This document shows positions 63,550 through 64,000 of a stretch of DNA of 64,000 nt, one piece after another. The stretch comes from Octopus sinensis (taxonomy: Eukaryota): the NCBI RefSeq assembly GCF_006345805.1, contig NW_021832126.1:310001-374000 (forward strand), in the 5' to 3' direction. The notes below the pieces were generated by a model, which saw only the letters and a list, made by a program, of their open reading frames with translations, ran no database searches and was not told the DNA's origin. Each line of letters starts with the position of its first letter. The stretch's first letter is position 1. The translations under genes and the position numbers were made by a program.

Positions 63550-64000
63550 ATGGAAAATTCTGTTGTGGACTTATGCAACATCAAATTCCGACAGCTCCCA
63601 ATAAGTAAGGAGGATGCAGTGCATTTTCTGCAAAATGTGGATATCCTTTCAAAATCACGTATATGTCCGAAGGGACATCAGATGGAATTAGTCTTGGGAC
63701 CGAAGCTCAATTGGAAATGCTCAAGAGTTGGTTGTAGAGTCCAATGTTCTATTAAAAAAGGTATAATTTCTCTCAAATAATTCTAGATACCTGGTTAGAG
63801 AATTGTAGATTGCCATTTGAGGATGTCATCGCCTACATATACTTATGGAGTTACGATAGGCATACCTTCAAATGGCTTCATCACGAATACAATTGGGGTG
63901 AACATACATATGTCGATTGGGCTATGTTTTTACGTGAAGTCTGTGTGGACGCACTTGTTAAAAGATCTGGTATGATGTGGAGGTAGACGAGAGTATGTTT
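63550..64000 (+). mobile_element. Merlin/ISXO2-like transposase, 5' part
   Basis: CPKGH..M..WKC..C..SIKK|DTWLE, LWS, VDW..FLREVC, VEVDES; one micro-intron; runs off window. Confidence 0.75.

Overview
AT-rich eukaryotic (animal-type) genomic DNA from a very compact genome with tiny spliceosomal introns (mostly 19-35 nt), resembling reduced parasitic metazoans such as dicyemids or myxozoans (inference). Twelve host genes can be rebuilt by hand-splicing: MSH4, YIPF5-like (missed by the ORF track), TRNT1, YPEL5-like, CPT1, KMT5A/SETD8, CFAP20DC, mitochondrial-type AlaRS, DNAJC9, cathepsin L, holocarboxylase synthetase and a p24/TMED gene. They sit among many mobile elements: Ginger-type, two Tc1 families, pogo/Tigger, hAT, Merlin-like, CRE-like, RTE-like, an intact R4-like RLE retrotransposon and an intact APE-RT LINE. 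Both intact retrotransposons are nested inside Tc1 elements. Most notable and not recognisable from the ORF track: (1) at least five dispersed, divergent and apparently disabled proteasome-beta-like (Thr-nucleophile) gene copies between 11 and 28 kb, two preceded by a minisatellite made of NF-kB-like sites and one with an exon amplified into a ~105-bp tandem array; (2) a frame-preserving 177-nt exon encoding a CCCH zinc finger inside the AlaRS editing domain; (3) several non-GT-AG micro-intron boundaries. All family assignments come from motif recognition by eye; no database searches were run.
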